Source: an uncultured Chloroflexia bacterium (lineage in GTDB: Bacteria; Chloroflexota; Limnocylindria; Limnocylindrales; CSP1-4). From it: DNA of 64,000 nucleotides. Below are positions 63,647 through 64,000 of the stretch, piece by piece; within the stretch, counting starts at the first letter, position 1; every line of letters begins with the position of its first letter. The position numbers and the translations under genes were made by a program. The stretch lies in NCBI GenBank assembly GCA_963828965.1, contig CAWHGL010000001.1, positions 20,256 through 84,255 of the forward strand, in the 5' to 3' direction. Below the pieces are notes generated by a model. The model was not told where the DNA came from. It saw nothing but the letters and a program-made list of their open reading frames with translations, and ran no database searches.

Positions 63647-64000
63647 TCAGCGCCATGCGAACAACGATTTCTTTTGCGCGGCCTTGCCCTTGTCCGCACC
63701 GTCCGTGCCGGCCGCGACCTGCGTCCGCTCACCGACGACCGACTTGGCCAGCCGCAGGATGTCCTGGGAGACCTGCGCCTCCCGGTTGCTCAGGAAGAAC
63801 GGTACGCCCCGATTGAGCGCGTACACAACGCTCCGGCCATCGCTGACGATGGTGTCGTCCACCTTCCGCCCGATCGAGTGCTCCACATCCTGGATACGGA
63901 TGCCGAGCGCCGAGTCCGCGCGGTTGAGGACGAGCCGGACCTTGCCGCCTTCATAGCCGAGTTGGTCTGCGACCTCCAGGAAGAGGCGCATGTTCTTGAT
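63647..64000 (-). CDS. CpaE/TadZ-like MinD-family pilus assembly protein, C-terminal part (truncated)
   Basis: KVRLVLNRAD, ALNRGVPF; directly upstream of cpaF. Confidence 0.8.
   Translation of the reverse strand: MKNMRLFLEVADQLGYEGGKVRLVLNRADSALGIRIQDVEHSIGRKVDDTIVSDGRSVVYALNRGVPFFLSNREAQVSQDILRLAKSVVGERTQVAAGTDGADKGKAAQKKSLFAWR

Overview
Very GC-rich (roughly 70%+) bacterial chromosomal core region. Chloroflexota, possibly Limnocylindria/Ellin6529-like, is my inference from the Firmicutes-like gene order, high GC, AtpA insert, long HPF and Tad locus. The left arm (minus strand) reads parA-parB-gyrB-thioesterase-AlkD-like-gyrA-prs-small membrane protein-secA-ydcF-Cys-rich ORF-prfB (programmed +1 frameshift)-GNAT-ftsE-ftsX-S41 protease. 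A perfect parS site sits at the strand switch near 17.9 kb. The right arm (mostly plus strand) carries mreD-mrdA-rodA, rplU-rpmA-rpmE, DUF1385-prfA-glycogen debranching enzyme-prmC-HAD-tsaC, glyA, a wecA-like gene, a three-gene surface-protein cassette, the full atp operon, murA-mreB/mbl, PHP, a flippase-like gene and an XRE regulator. The window ends on the minus strand with GT-C, nfo, hpf, comF, DUF192 and tadCBA/cpaE. About 30 single-base indels break essential genes and are best read as long-read assembly errors. No tRNA/rRNA, CRISPR array or mobile element was seen. Best novelty candidates: (i) an 8-Cys small protein with its own sigma70 promoter whose UAG stop abuts, in frame, the RF2 start; (ii) a modular surface cassette of two paralogous 2-TM anchors flanking an Ig-repeat adhesin that shares a ~210-aa C-terminal module with one anchor; (iii) an identical 18-bp motif upstream of ftsE and of the XRE regulator.
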